From Podarcis muralis (taxonomy: Eukaryota), in NCBI RefSeq assembly GCF_964188315.1, contig NC_135659.1, forward strand, positions 50,282,001 to 50,346,000: 64,000 nt of DNA, read 5' to 3'. Of this stretch, positions 16,927-28,008 are shown one piece after another. Under the pieces are notes generated by a model. It was not told the DNA's origin. It was given only the letters and a program-made list of their open reading frames with translations, and ran no database searches. The first letter of the stretch is position 1. Each line of letters begins with the position of its first letter. The translations under genes were made by a program, and so were the position numbers.

Positions 16927-18137
16927 GGCTGCCTTGTCTGTGCCTCATGCAGGCATCAGCTGAGACACAGAGAGAAATAACACCCAGGGAGGAAAATATC
17001 ACTTCTCTTTTCTCTCCTGCCACCTTGATTATGGGAAGCTAAGTGCAGGGCTGGACCTACCAGGAGCTGCATTGAGCCACAGGGCTCAGGCAACAAATTG
17101 GGAGAGGCGGTGAATCGTGGGCCAAATCTCCCGCCCATAGAGCTGCCTGCGAATGATTGGTCAGCCAGCGGGTCACTGAAGCTACTGTACGATCTGTTCA
17201 CCACTCTTCTTCCCTTCCACCTTCACCTGCTCAACTGCTCAATTGATCACCCACCTGCTGCTAACAAAGTAACTGTAAGAGCACTCCAGGCATTATTCTG
17301 AGGGAAGGGTTCTCGCTCACCCATTCATCATTGACAAAGTGGTGGCAGTGTGAGCAGCCTGGACCTCAGTCTGAGGAAGGGGTCTTCCCTCAGAGTGTGG
17401 CATTGTGGGACAGGCCATCCAGGTGCGTCCTAGTGCTGCTGTCACTTTTATACAGCAGTGGCAAGTGAAGTTAGCATTTTACATCACTTGAATACATCTA
17501 AGGTTTTGGGTGATTTCACACAGTAGTTTGCCAAGCTGGCCCTGCTTAAAAGTTGGTAGCAGGCACAAAGAATCAATCACGTATCAGAAAGGTCATTTAC
17601 TTCACCATGGTTTTGCACAGTGCTATTTTTCTAGAAAAAGAGGTGGCTGGAACTCACCACGCCTGCCTCCTTTGTTTTCTGGCACCCACCTGACAGGTGC
17701 AGAAACAGAGTTCCAGCAAGTTCCGGCTGAAAAAAGCCCTGACTGTGCACAAGCTGTTTTGATAGTGTGTGCTTGCCTTATTCAAGGGACTTATTCAAGG
17801 GCCACCAACTGCACCCATTTCTTACATCCAAATAATCTGACCTTTTTCTAGCCACAGTTCTTTCCATTTTCACAATTACCCATCAGCTTGAGGGGCAACA
17901 GTTCTTTTCTGGTGATCCAAATAAATGGCAGTTCTCCATGGCCTAGCAGCAGAATTATACAGGAAAAGGAGTCCCACCGCACATGTTTTGCAATCTTTCC
18001 AGAGAGTGTTGGCATGTGTGCAACATGTAAGTGGCCCCTTCCTAGAGGAAATTTCCTTTTTTCTTTTTTCTTTCCCATAATAGCTTATGTTTTATGCCAT
18101 GTACTTTGATATTTTTTGTAGTCTTTTTTAGCTTTTC

Positions 18138-18176
<39 letters not shown>
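18138..18176. repeat. (TTA)13 microsatellite
   Basis: direct reading. Confidence 0.95.
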
Positions 18177-18179
<3 letters not shown>

Positions 18180-18309
18180 ATTTTTCTTTTTGTTGTTTAT
18201 ATTTATCTGTATTTGTTTAAAGCGCAATAAAAGTATATATAAAAAGAATAGAATAGACATAATAGGCATAAGAACTAAACAAGATCAAGGACCTGTATTT
18301 TTACTGTGA

Positions 18310-18465
18310 TAGGAACATAATCAGAGTCCTGCAGGATCAGGCAAATGGCCCATCTAGTCCACTATTCCGTTTCCCAAACATGCTCATGGGAGGCCCAGAA
18401 GCAAGACATGAGAGCAACAGTCCTCTCTCAGGGTTGTTCCCCAGCAACTGGTATGCATAGGCAAG
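18310..18465 (-). mobile_element. CR1-type 3'UTR fragment
   Basis: GGATCAGGCAAATGGCCCATCTAGTCCA...CCCCAGCAACTGGTAT resembles the reverse of squamate CR1 3'UTRs. Confidence 0.55.
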
Positions 18466-19028
18466 GGGTGTGTGTGTCAGATCCTGGAGGTGACATGTAC
18501 CCAATAAAAAAGTATACAGCCAATAAAGGTGTCAATAAAACACTACCGAACTGAGTGCTTCCCATGTGAGGCTAGATTTCACTACAATTAAAAGAAATGA
18601 GGAGAAGAAAGCAGTAATTAGAGCCTCCTGCATGAGACAAGGCTTTTCAGTGGTGGATATATATGCAATTTATCACTAATTCCCCGACTCCTGTTCATTG
18701 GAAAGCAATAAAACAGGAAGGGTTTAATTAAAGGCACAAGAACAGTTAAAAGCCTCAGTCCTGCCTTGCCTGTCCACACAGGTCAAGCTGGTGCTGCCTT
18801 TGAATTTTATTACCAAAAGAAAATTGCAAGAAAACTGGGTGTGGAAGAAACCGTAGAGGACTAGACAGAAAACACTAGAACACAATGAGCTGAGATCATC
18901 ATCATCATATGGGTGTTCTATAAAAAGTGAGTGAACAGGTAATGGCAATCTCAAGGGGGCAGGAACTGCTAAATGTGGTAGCAAAGCAAGCCTCAGCTTT
19001 TACACCGTTGCCAGGGATTACAGCTAAT

Positions 19029-20243
19029 TTGTTGTTGTTTAGTCATTTAGTCATGTCCGACTCTTCGTGACCCCATGGACCAGAGCACGCCAGGCACTCC
19101 TGTCTTCCACTGCCTCCCACAGTTTGGTCAGACTCATGTTGGTAGCTTCGAGAACATTGTCCAACCATCTCATCCTCTGTCGCCCCCTTCTCTTTGTGCC
19201 CTCCATCTTTCCCAACATCAGGGTCTTTTCAAGGGAGTCTTCTCTTCTCATGAGGTGGCCAAAGTATTGGAGCCTCAGCTTCACGATCTGTCCTTCCAGT
19301 GAGCACTCAGGGCTGATTTCCTTAAGAATGGATAGGTTTGATCCCCTTGCAGTCCATGGGACTCTCAAGAGTCTCCTCCAGCACCATAATTCAAAAGCAT
19401 CAATTCTTCGGCGATCAGCCTCCTTTATGGTCCAGCTCTCACTTCCATACAACACTACTGGGAAAACCATGGCTTTAACTATACAGACCTTTGTTGGCAA
19501 GGTGATGTCTCTGCTTTTTAAGATGCTGTCTAGGTTTGCCATCGCCTTTCTCCCAGGGAGCAGGCTTCTTTTAATTTCGTGACTGCTGTCACCATCTGCA
19601 GTGATCATGGAGCCCAAGAAAGTAAAATCTCTCACTGCCTCCATTTCTTCCCCTTCTATTTGCCAGGAGGTGATGGGACCAGTGGCCATGATCTTCGTTT
19701 TTTTGATGTTGAGCTTCAGACCATATTTTGCGCTCTCCTCTTTCACCCTCATTAAAAGGTTCTTTAATTCCTCCACACTTTCTGCCATCAAGGTTGTGTC
19801 ATCTGCATATCTGAGGTTGTTGATATTTCTTCTAGCAATCTTAATTCTGGCTAGCAATTCATCCAGCCCAGCCTTTCACGTGATGAATTCTGCATATAAG
19901 TTAAATAGGCAGGGGGACAATATACAGCCTTGCCATACTCCTTTCCCAATTTTTAACCAATCAGTTGTTCCATATCCAGTTCTAACTGTAGCTTCTTGTC
20001 CTACATAGAGATTTCTCAGTGGACAGATGAGGTGATCAGGCACTCCCATTTCTTTAAGAACTTGCCATAGTTTGCTGTGGTCGACACAGTCAAAGGCTTT
20101 TGCATAGTCAATGAAGCAGAAGTAGATGTCTTTCTGGAACTCTCTAGCTTCCTCCATAATCCAGCGCATGTTTGCAATTTGGTCCCTGGTTCCTCTGCCT
20201 CTTCTAAATCCAGCTTGCACTTCTGGGAATTCTCGGTCCAAAT
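19029..20243 (-). mobile_element. 5'-truncated BovB LINE (about 1.2 kb) with 12-bp TSD
   Basis: RT C-terminal ORFs (19876-20241; 19051-19857 with YADD), (CAA)n tail, TSD ATTACAGCTAAT at 19017-19028 and 20244-20255. Confidence 0.95.
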
Positions 20244-20254
20244 ATTACAGCTAA

Positions 20255-20481
20255 TAGGGTTGCCATATTTCAAAAAGTGAAAACCGGACACACAAAACTG
20301 TTGAACCAAATCTCCCAAAAACATTTAAAGCTATTTTGGGGGAAATTCACAAAAAATCAACACTTCTGATACGGGCTGCTATTGGACATTTTGACCAATT
20401 TTCAAACTTTGCGCCCAGACACTATTTTTGACAGCCAAATCCCAGATATTTCCAGGAAATTCCAGACATATGGCAGCTCTA
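20255..20481. mobile_element. non-autonomous DNA element with TAGGGTTGCCATA-type TIRs
   Basis: TAGGGTTGCCATAT ... ATATGGCAGCTCTA imperfect inverted termini; no clear TSD. Confidence 0.6.
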
Positions 20482-20491
20482 ATACTACTAC

Positions 20492-20581
20492 CATAGCTGT
20501 CAACTTTTCCCTTTTCTTGCGAGGAATCCTACTTGGAATAAGGGGATTTCCCTTTTAAAAAAGGAAAAGTTGACAGCTATG
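20492..20581. mobile_element. 90-bp MITE with 19-bp perfect TIRs
   Basis: CATAGCTGTCAACTTTTCC / GGAAAAGTTGACAGCTATG, flanked by TACTACTAC on both sides. Confidence 0.85.
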
Positions 20582-21584
20582 TACTACTACTCATGTCTGG
20601 AAGCCAAGGAACAGTGAGCTCTGTCTGGAGAGATACTGAAGCTTTCCTCACCTCCTGAGAAACAACAGTGGAGGTGAACCAGGGGGTGACCTAAGAAGGT
20701 AAATAGGAGGAGACGAGAGAGTAACTCAGATTTTAAGGTCCACAAAAACATAGCAGGCAGCATAAGATGACTTTCCATAGGCCGCAATCCTAGGCACACT
20801 TACAATGGAGTAAGTCCCATTGAAACCAAAGGGCCTTATTTTGGTGTAAACATGCTTAGACTTGCACTGTGAGTCTCAGAATTACATGCAATCTTGAGCA
20901 AGACAGCTGCTGAGACACATGGAGAAATGAAAGGCTGCTTGCATGGCTAGCCCAGCGCTGGAGCTGCTGCATGTGAGAGAGAGCTCCTCTGCCTTTGGCT
21001 TACTAAGTGGATATTCAGCAGGCGTGAGCAGCTTTAGATAAAACTATTGCTGTCACTGTTAGGTTTCTACTGCCATTCGGTCAATAAAGGCACAGGAGCT
21101 TTGCTTAGGGCAGAGTGGAAGAGTGGAGTGGCAACCGCAAAGTGACAATACCTCCCTGATGAAGAGAAGCTAGAACTTCTTACCTGTCCTGGGAGTTCAG
21201 TTGAGGCTGGTTATAACTGTCTCACTAATGCAGAGAAAGAAGAAAAGCTGTTACCCACTTCCTTTAAATATCTTACTCATGGTAAATAAACTAGACTGCT
21301 CAGAATGATCGATGGTGGGGCTGTTAGTAGCCCAAGAACAGGGAACTGTGTAAATGCCTATGTGATGTTCATGGTTATAATTTACTTTTGTGAAAATTAA
21401 GCCATAGATGGAAATTCCATTCTAATTTATTTATTACATTTACACCTCACCTTTTTTTCTAAAGAGCTTAAGGAAGTGTTCTCTTCTCCCTTCCCCCACT
21501 TTTACAGCAGGCCTGCCTCTAAATGGGACCAAGTTCAATGTGTTACTATTAGAACTTAGCAAGTTGGGACTAGTTTACTTGTGG

Positions 21585-21800
21585 GATCGCCTTACCCTAT
21601 ACAGTATATGCCCACTTGAGTGCTTTGCTCTGCAGAACTGGCACTGCTACATCTGCCATACAGTACTCATTCTCTAAGAAACCGATCTTTTAGTGTGGCA
21701 CTTTGGAATTCCCTGACAATTGACACCAGGCAGGGACTTTCACTGTCCTCTTTCCAATGCCTGCTTAAAACATTTTAGGCAAGCTTATGCAGACGTGTAG
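21585..21800 (+). mobile_element. decayed L2 LINE 3' fragment
   Basis: TCTTTTAGTGTGGCACTTTGGAATTCCCT...TGCTTAAAACATTTT resembles L2 ORF2 and 3' end. Confidence 0.5.
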
Positions 21801-22847
21801 AAGTTACACGTGTTTTCATTGTTGTTTAGTTTTTGCTGCTTTAAAGTAGTTTTTGAACATTTTTAAAGACCAGCTTTTAACTTCAATTTTTAATTATTTT
21901 TTTGTAAACTCACTTGATGTTTTATGACAATCAAGCAGTATATGAATTATGTTAAATAAATAAGTAAACAAACGAAAACCTTAAAGACTACTGATGCTTC
22001 AAGACACCAGGTATGTCTGTAATGTATATCACATCAATACTACTCCAAGCCATGTGTGCTCTTGTCTGTACAGATCATGCAATCATGTGCTGTGTTCATT
22101 CTGGTAAGGTTTCCACAATTCCAAACTAACGCAACCGTCATTGTGAGAAGCTGATCTCCGGGTGCAGCCTTAGGCACTCATCACACTTTACAGGATGAGC
22201 ATGTGTCTATGTGTATAAAGAACATAGCCACATAAATAGGTGTGCATTGCCAGTGCATTGCTGTGACCTTAGCTTTTCTGGATCTCCATTAATGAGTGAC
22301 CAGGGTTTCAGCCAAAGAATGTTAATATTCCTTAATGTGTTCCTTATGGTTTCAGCACTAAAGGCATTTTTGTTTTGATGAAAAGATGGGGGGAGGAACC
22401 ATAATAAAATAATAGCAGAAAGGGAAGACACAGCGGATCTGATCACAGTTCTTCCCTCATCCTCAGCTCACTCACTGGACATCTACAAAAGGGCTGTGGA
22501 TTAACCTGCATCAGACAGCCTGGTGCCAGAAACAGAGAACAGGAGTGAGCAAGGAGCATTAGCTCAGAAACACCTGCCTGCAGGAGACCTACATCATCGT
22601 TCATTGATTCTCATTTCACACCCTGTCATAGTAACTTGTTGCTAACAGTTGTCTCTGAAGAATGGATGAAATATATCCTCTGTGAAAATTCCCCTGGGAA
22701 ACATAGCTGGACTTTACACAGATAATGAATTTACAGCTCCGCGGTGTCATAAAGAAGTAATTTATCCCACGGGGATGTAGGCTTGGGTGGCAATGGTTAT
22801 TGCTGCTTGTAAATCCATCCTTCAAGAGAGATTTCTCATTTGCTTTA

Positions 22848-23025
22848 GGGAAGGGTCGTGGTTCAGTAGCAGAGTTGAGGCAGAAGGTCCCAAGGTTCAA
22901 TCCACAGCATCTCCAGGTAGGGCTGCAATTGTTCCTTTCCTGAAACCATGGAAAGCCACTGCCAGCCAGCATGGACAGTACTGAGCTAGATAGACAAATG
23001 GCCTGACTCTGTACAAGGCAGTATT
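22848..23025 (+). mobile_element. tRNA-derived squamate SINE with CR1-like tail
   Basis: degenerate A box (GGTTCAGTAG) and B box (GGTTCAATCC), then GCATCTCCAGGTAGGGCTG...TACTGAGCTAGATAGACAAATGGCCTGACTC. Confidence 0.65.
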
Positions 23026-23509
23026 TGTCATAAGCAGAATGTTGCTGATCTAAATCTAATTTTTCAGTTCTTCTTCAAGATTAAAGCAAACTCACCTGTT
23101 TCCCACCTGTCCCTCTTGTTGTGACACAATTGTGGTTTGGATTGCATTAGGCTAAGTTGTGGTGGGTGGGTGGTATTGCCTGGTAGGACAGAGCATATTC
23201 CATAGTTGTAGATCTTTGATGAGAAGAGCATATTTTGCAGATATAGTAAGTCATTAATGTTGCGCCTGCTGAATGTCTGTCTCAATAGGCAAATCCCACC
23301 CAGTTGTTCCACAATGCCTCATTCTGAGTAAGGGTGCAGAAAAAGGAGGAGGTGGAGTGGCAGGGGCATCATTTGCTGGTCCTCCTCAGGTGGCAAAATG
23401 TCTTGGGCCATCTCCGTTCATATAACAGCAATACGAAAGCAAGAAAAAGACACGCTTTTGCATCTTTGTCAAACTCTTACAAAAGGTAGAACATAGCCAT
23501 TTATTCCAT

Positions 23510-23712
23510 AAAAAAATTCCTTCCAGTAGCACCTTAAAGACCAACTAAGTTAGTTCTTGGTATGAGCTTTCGTGTGCATGCACACTTCTTCAGATACACA
23601 CATGCACACGAAAGCTCATACCAAGAACTAACTTAGTTGGTCTTTAAGGTGCTACTGGAAGGAATTTTTTTTGTTTTGACTATGGCAGACCAACACGGCT
23701 ACCCATCTGTAA
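23510..23712. mobile_element. Penelope-like element terminal remnant (inverted pseudo-LTR pair) with 12-bp TSD
   Basis: about 70-bp perfect inverted arms (23510-23583 / 23601-23671) plus tail ...CCAACACGGCTACCCATCTGTAA; TSD CATTTATTCCAT at 23498-23509 and 23713-23724. Confidence 0.85.
23560..23597 (-). ncRNA. minimal type-I hammerhead ribozyme motif
   Basis: minus strand GTAT-CTGAAGA-A-GTGTGCATGCACAC-GAAA-GCTC/ATAC: stem I GTAT/ATAC, core CUGANGA and GAAA, palindromic stem II, palindromic AGCU stem III. Confidence 0.75.
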
Positions 23713-24148
23713 CATTTATTCCATGTTATTTACATTCCCCCCCGCCATACACTAGTATTCTTTTCTTCTCTTTTTGAAAGGGATGCAGTCCAGAAAGATC
23801 ATAGATTGAATAGTTTACTGCAAAAGTTAGATCAGGACAAAAATATATGTTAAGTCTTTTACATTCAGTGTATTGTGGTTTATAACGATGGGGAGTTAAG
23901 ATGCCAGTGTCTCTTTGGGAAGCAGGGCTGTCATGTGGAATACATTTATACAGCTATACATCTTGCTCTTGAGAAAACCGGGAAGCATTGCAACACGGTA
24001 GAAAGAGCTTTACAAGATCACAATTCAAGGACACAGTCTAACCAGGGGAAAGCACTTGAGGTGCCAGAGAGGTGCCAGGGGGCCAGAGAGAGAGATACGC
24101 ATTAGACACCCTGCAGGCCTGAGGTGCCTCATCCTCAGCCTAGAAGAG

Positions 24149-24265
24149 GGTTTCCCAAACTTGGGTCTCCAGCTGTTTTTGGACTACAATTCCCATCATC
24201 CCTGACCACTGTTCCTGCTAGCTAGGGATGATGGGAGCTGTAGTCCAACAACAGCTGGAGACCCT
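24149..24265. mobile_element. hAT-derived palindromic MITE (GGACTACAATTCCCATC family)
   Basis: GGGTCTCCAGCTGTT...AACAGCTGGAGACCC inverted arms around an internal CCCATCATCCCT/AGGGATGATGGG hairpin. Confidence 0.75.
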
Positions 24266-24439
24266 GGCCTAGACCCTGACAAAACCTGCTGAGGACATTT
24301 TATGCCTTGAGGTACAGTACGTTCTCTCTCTCAATTCCACATACACAATTAGATTGCTGGCAACTGAATTTTATCTTCACATTGGTGGCATCTCAGTCTC
24401 CTCTACAGCAGCTGATGGGGCAACACCCCTATGGGGAAA

Positions 24440-25260
24440 GGCTGCAGCATTTGAGACGTTTTAGGTGACATGGCAGAAGTTTATGAAATTATACATCATG
24501 TGAAGAAAGCGGATAGGAAAATGTTCTTTCTCTGTCGTAACATTAGAACTCGTGGACATCCAATGAGGCTGAATGTTGGAGGGCAGATAAAAGTGCTTCT
24601 TCATACAGTGCACAGTTAAGCTATGGAATTAGCTACCAAGAGGAGGCAGTGATGGTCACGAACTTAGGTGGCTTCAAGAAAGCATTAGACAAATATATGG
24701 AGGACAAGGCTATTGATGGCTAGTAGGCATGATGGTCCGTATAGTAAAAGGTATGGTTTCCCCAGTAGTGATGTATGGAAGTGAGAGCTGGACCATAAAG
24801 AAGGCTGATTGCCGAAGAATTGATGCTTTTGAATTATGGTGCTGGAGGAGACTCTTGAGAGTTCCATGGACTGCAAGAAGATCAAATGCATCCATTCTTA
24901 AGGAAATCAGCCCTGAGTGCTCACTGGAAGGACAGATCCTGAAGCTGAGGCTCTAATACTTTGGCCACCTCATGAGAAGAGAAGACTCCCTGGAAAAGAC
25001 CCTGATGTTGGGAAAGATGGAGGGCACAAGGAGAAGGGGGCGACAGAGGACGAGATGGTTGGACAGTGTTCTTGGAGCTACCAGCATGAGTTTGACCAAA
25101 CTGCAGGAGGCAGTGGAAAACAGGAGTGCCTGGCGTGCTCTGGTCCATGGGGTCACGTGGAGTCGGACACAACTAAACGACTAAACAACAACAACAAGCC
25201 ATGATGTGGTGCCTTTATAGTGCTGCCTTTATAGTCAGAGGCAGTAATGCTTATGAGAGC
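24440..25260 (+). mobile_element. CR1 3' end interrupted by a BovB insertion
   Basis: CR1 ORF2/3'UTR text 24440-24734 resumes at 25197 (GTCAGAGGCAGTAATGCTT). Confidence 0.7.
24735..25196 (+). mobile_element. BovB 3' fragment with TSD
   Basis: VRIVKGMVSPVVMYGSESW...; (CAA)n tail; TSD AGGCATGATG 24725-24734 / AGCCATGATG 25197-25206. Confidence 0.92.
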
Positions 25261-26543
25261 AGAAGCCCAGCTTAGGAAGCTTGGCACACACCACGTTGTC
25301 TACCAACTTCTTGCTACTGATCTGCACCCCCAGCATCTGCTACCTGAGGTACTTGCCTCTGTCTGGCAAATGGAAGGGCCGGTGCTGAGAAGGGGAATTC
25401 TGCCAGTTGTGGCTTCTCCTGCCAATGGCAGTCCTAAGGGGAAAACATGAAACAAGCACTCTCTCTGTGTGTGAGTTTCATATGTTGATTTCTACTAACC
25501 AGCCACTCTAGTTTCATTAACCTCTGTGCCACATAAATTTCTATGATGCTCAGCTGCTGAATCATAAAAGCAGAAGAGACCAAAACACCATCTTTAAAAC
25601 AAGAGGCAGGACCACCCACCCACCTACCTGTCACCCCAGATCAGGCTACATGTATAGCAAGTTCCATGAGAATAAACAGAAGGAAACGAATGCACTTAAC
25701 TTAGATCAGAGAAATGTTAATTGGATGTAGTGAAAATATGCTGAAAAAGTTTTTCAATGTTTTAGAAGGACGGCAGAAAGAAAGGTGGCTATGTGCAGAC
25801 CTCTCCACTAGATGTCACTCTCCTCCTTGCAGAGGAAACCTGAGCCTTTAAATAACTGGAGGAGATTCCTGGAATGCAGAGCCCATCTATGACTGGTGTT
25901 TGACAGGGAAAGAAACTGCAGAGACCAGCTCACACAGCAGAAAAGGAGGTCAGTGAAGAGGGTTTGGGGATTTAGGTGGGAGCTTCAGGCAAAGCCAGGC
26001 AGGGATATGTAATACCCCCCCCAAAAATCTAAAAATGCCAAAAAATTCTCTAAATAAAATGGAAGATTAAAAAATAATGGGCACAGCTGTTATCCTGTCC
26101 CAGTTTGCAACCTTCATCCCTGCTCATATGGGCTCCCCGCTGCCCCCAAGTCTTGTGTTCTGCATCTTATTTCCTGGAAGGAGGCTAGATCATGAGAAAT
26201 CTTCACCTCTACTGGAAACTGCAATGCAATTTTTTAAAAAATTAATTCTATCAAAGGGCTAGAAACCGCAGCTCATACTGTCCCTCCCTCACACCCCCCC
26301 AAACTGGAACAGACCCTAATACAAATGTTCTTCTAGGCATATTAATAACAACACCTGTGTCATTCCAAAGGCTCAGAAGAAAGAAGAACAAATCCTGGAA
26401 CACAAAATCATTTACAAGAGAACTCTCATTATTTGTGAAGTTTGCATAATGTTGGGAGCTGGTGGTCCTGCGGCCCCTTTCATAAACTGGATAAGAATTA
26501 GCCTATTTTGTGTTCTTATCATACTATGGATCAACAAGCAGCC

Positions 26544-27784
26544 TCAGCAAAGGTCAATATTCTCATATTCCATGTGGTCCGAGTCCTCCAGTTCAATGCC
26601 TGGAACCAGGTTGTAATAATCTACCGACTGGTTCATATAGAGCTTTTCACGGTCTGCAGAATCCTTCAGAACGTCTGTCACACTCACTGTCTCGGCTTCA
26701 GACTCCCCACCTGTGTAACCCTCCTCTGCAACGGTCGTTTTTTTGGATCCCGACTTATCTTGTTCAAGGCTTTCCCCATTGGCCTTCACCAAGGAATCAT
26801 CAGAAGCTCCCAGTTTGATCTCCACCTCTTCATAGAGGTCCCTGCTGCTCCCTAGTAGTGCAGCTGAAGGCTTAAGCAAGACCTGGTTCCTCAACAAGAT
26901 GTTCTTCTCGCTCTCTGCAGCTGATGCCATAGGCAGCTCACATGGCATGTAGCAGTGATGGTCCCCAGGCTCTTTGGAACCATTCCTCTCCACTGTAGCC
27001 AGCCGGCATTCCTTCCCAGCATGAGGATGGTAGCTGGTTTTCTTCTGCCGCTTGCAAAAGCACCAGGTGACCAGAACCAGAATAGCCACCACAGGCAGGC
27101 AAACAAAGAGAGCCGTTAGGCTATGGTTCCGGCACACCTCCTGCTTAGGGATATCTCTGAGATTCATGCCATGGTAACGTTCTGGGGTGCTACAAGCCAC
27201 CTCAACGTTCAATGGTGCAGGTAGGCATTTTTCCAGATCTTCAAGCAAGCTGCAAGTACAGTGCCAGCTGTTGTTGGAGAGACCTAGCGTGAGGAGGGAG
27301 GGTTTGAAAATCCCCGAGGGAAGGGAAGACAAGTTATTGAAGGCAAGGTGGATCTCCTGGATTTGGTCAGATGCTTTCAGGAATGACTCAGGCAGCTTCT
27401 GGAGTTGGTTGCTCTCCAAATGAATGACACGCAAGCTGGGTGCATTTCCTAGGAAACCATCTGGGAGCAAACTTAGCTGGTTATGGTCTAAGTGTAGAAT
27501 CTCCAATGTAGAAGAGCCATTCTCTGTGTTGATAATGTCTGATATGCCACAGTTTGATAGGTAGAGCTCCCTCAAACCCGCAGTTCCGGCGAAGATGCTC
27601 CAGTCCAAGGAGTTGATTTTAGTCCTGGTGAGATTCAAGCAACACATCTCAGGAGCCAATTTGGTCTGCAGTCCCTGGAAATCAACTTCTGCGCTGCAGT
27701 TGCACGTCTCTTCCAGAGCTCCTAACACGAGTTCTCTTGATAAGAGGACCACGCCAAAGAGTATGAGTGTCCACCTCTTCTGAC
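26544..27784 (-). CDS. LRR receptor main coding exon
   Basis: acceptor catctttttgctatag|GTCAGAAG at 27785/27784; open through the stop at 26544-26546 (ORF track 402 aa). Confidence 0.92.
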
Positions 27785-27969
27785 CTATAGCAAAAAGATG
27801 ACAAGCGTCAGTGATTTCTCACAGGTTACAGGCGGGAACTAGATGGCAACATTGTTCTTCCTGGTTCACTCACAGACATAACAGACAATAATCTGTGAAG
27901 TGCCATTGCCTCTAAATTGGATTCCAGTAGTTGTTCACTAAATTCACAAATAATGCATAGATATTTTTA

Positions 27970-28008
<39 letters not shown>

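Noticed and set aside
17226-21190. Candidate donors for a non-coding BEST4 first exon (cag|gtgaag near 17226; cag|gtaaga near 21183)
   Set aside because: An upstream exon is implied by the acceptor at 16960, but the sequence alone cannot choose between the candidates.
22848-22920. tRNA-like A/B boxes
   Set aside because: Degenerate, no cloverleaf, and continues into SINE body sequence; not a tRNA gene.
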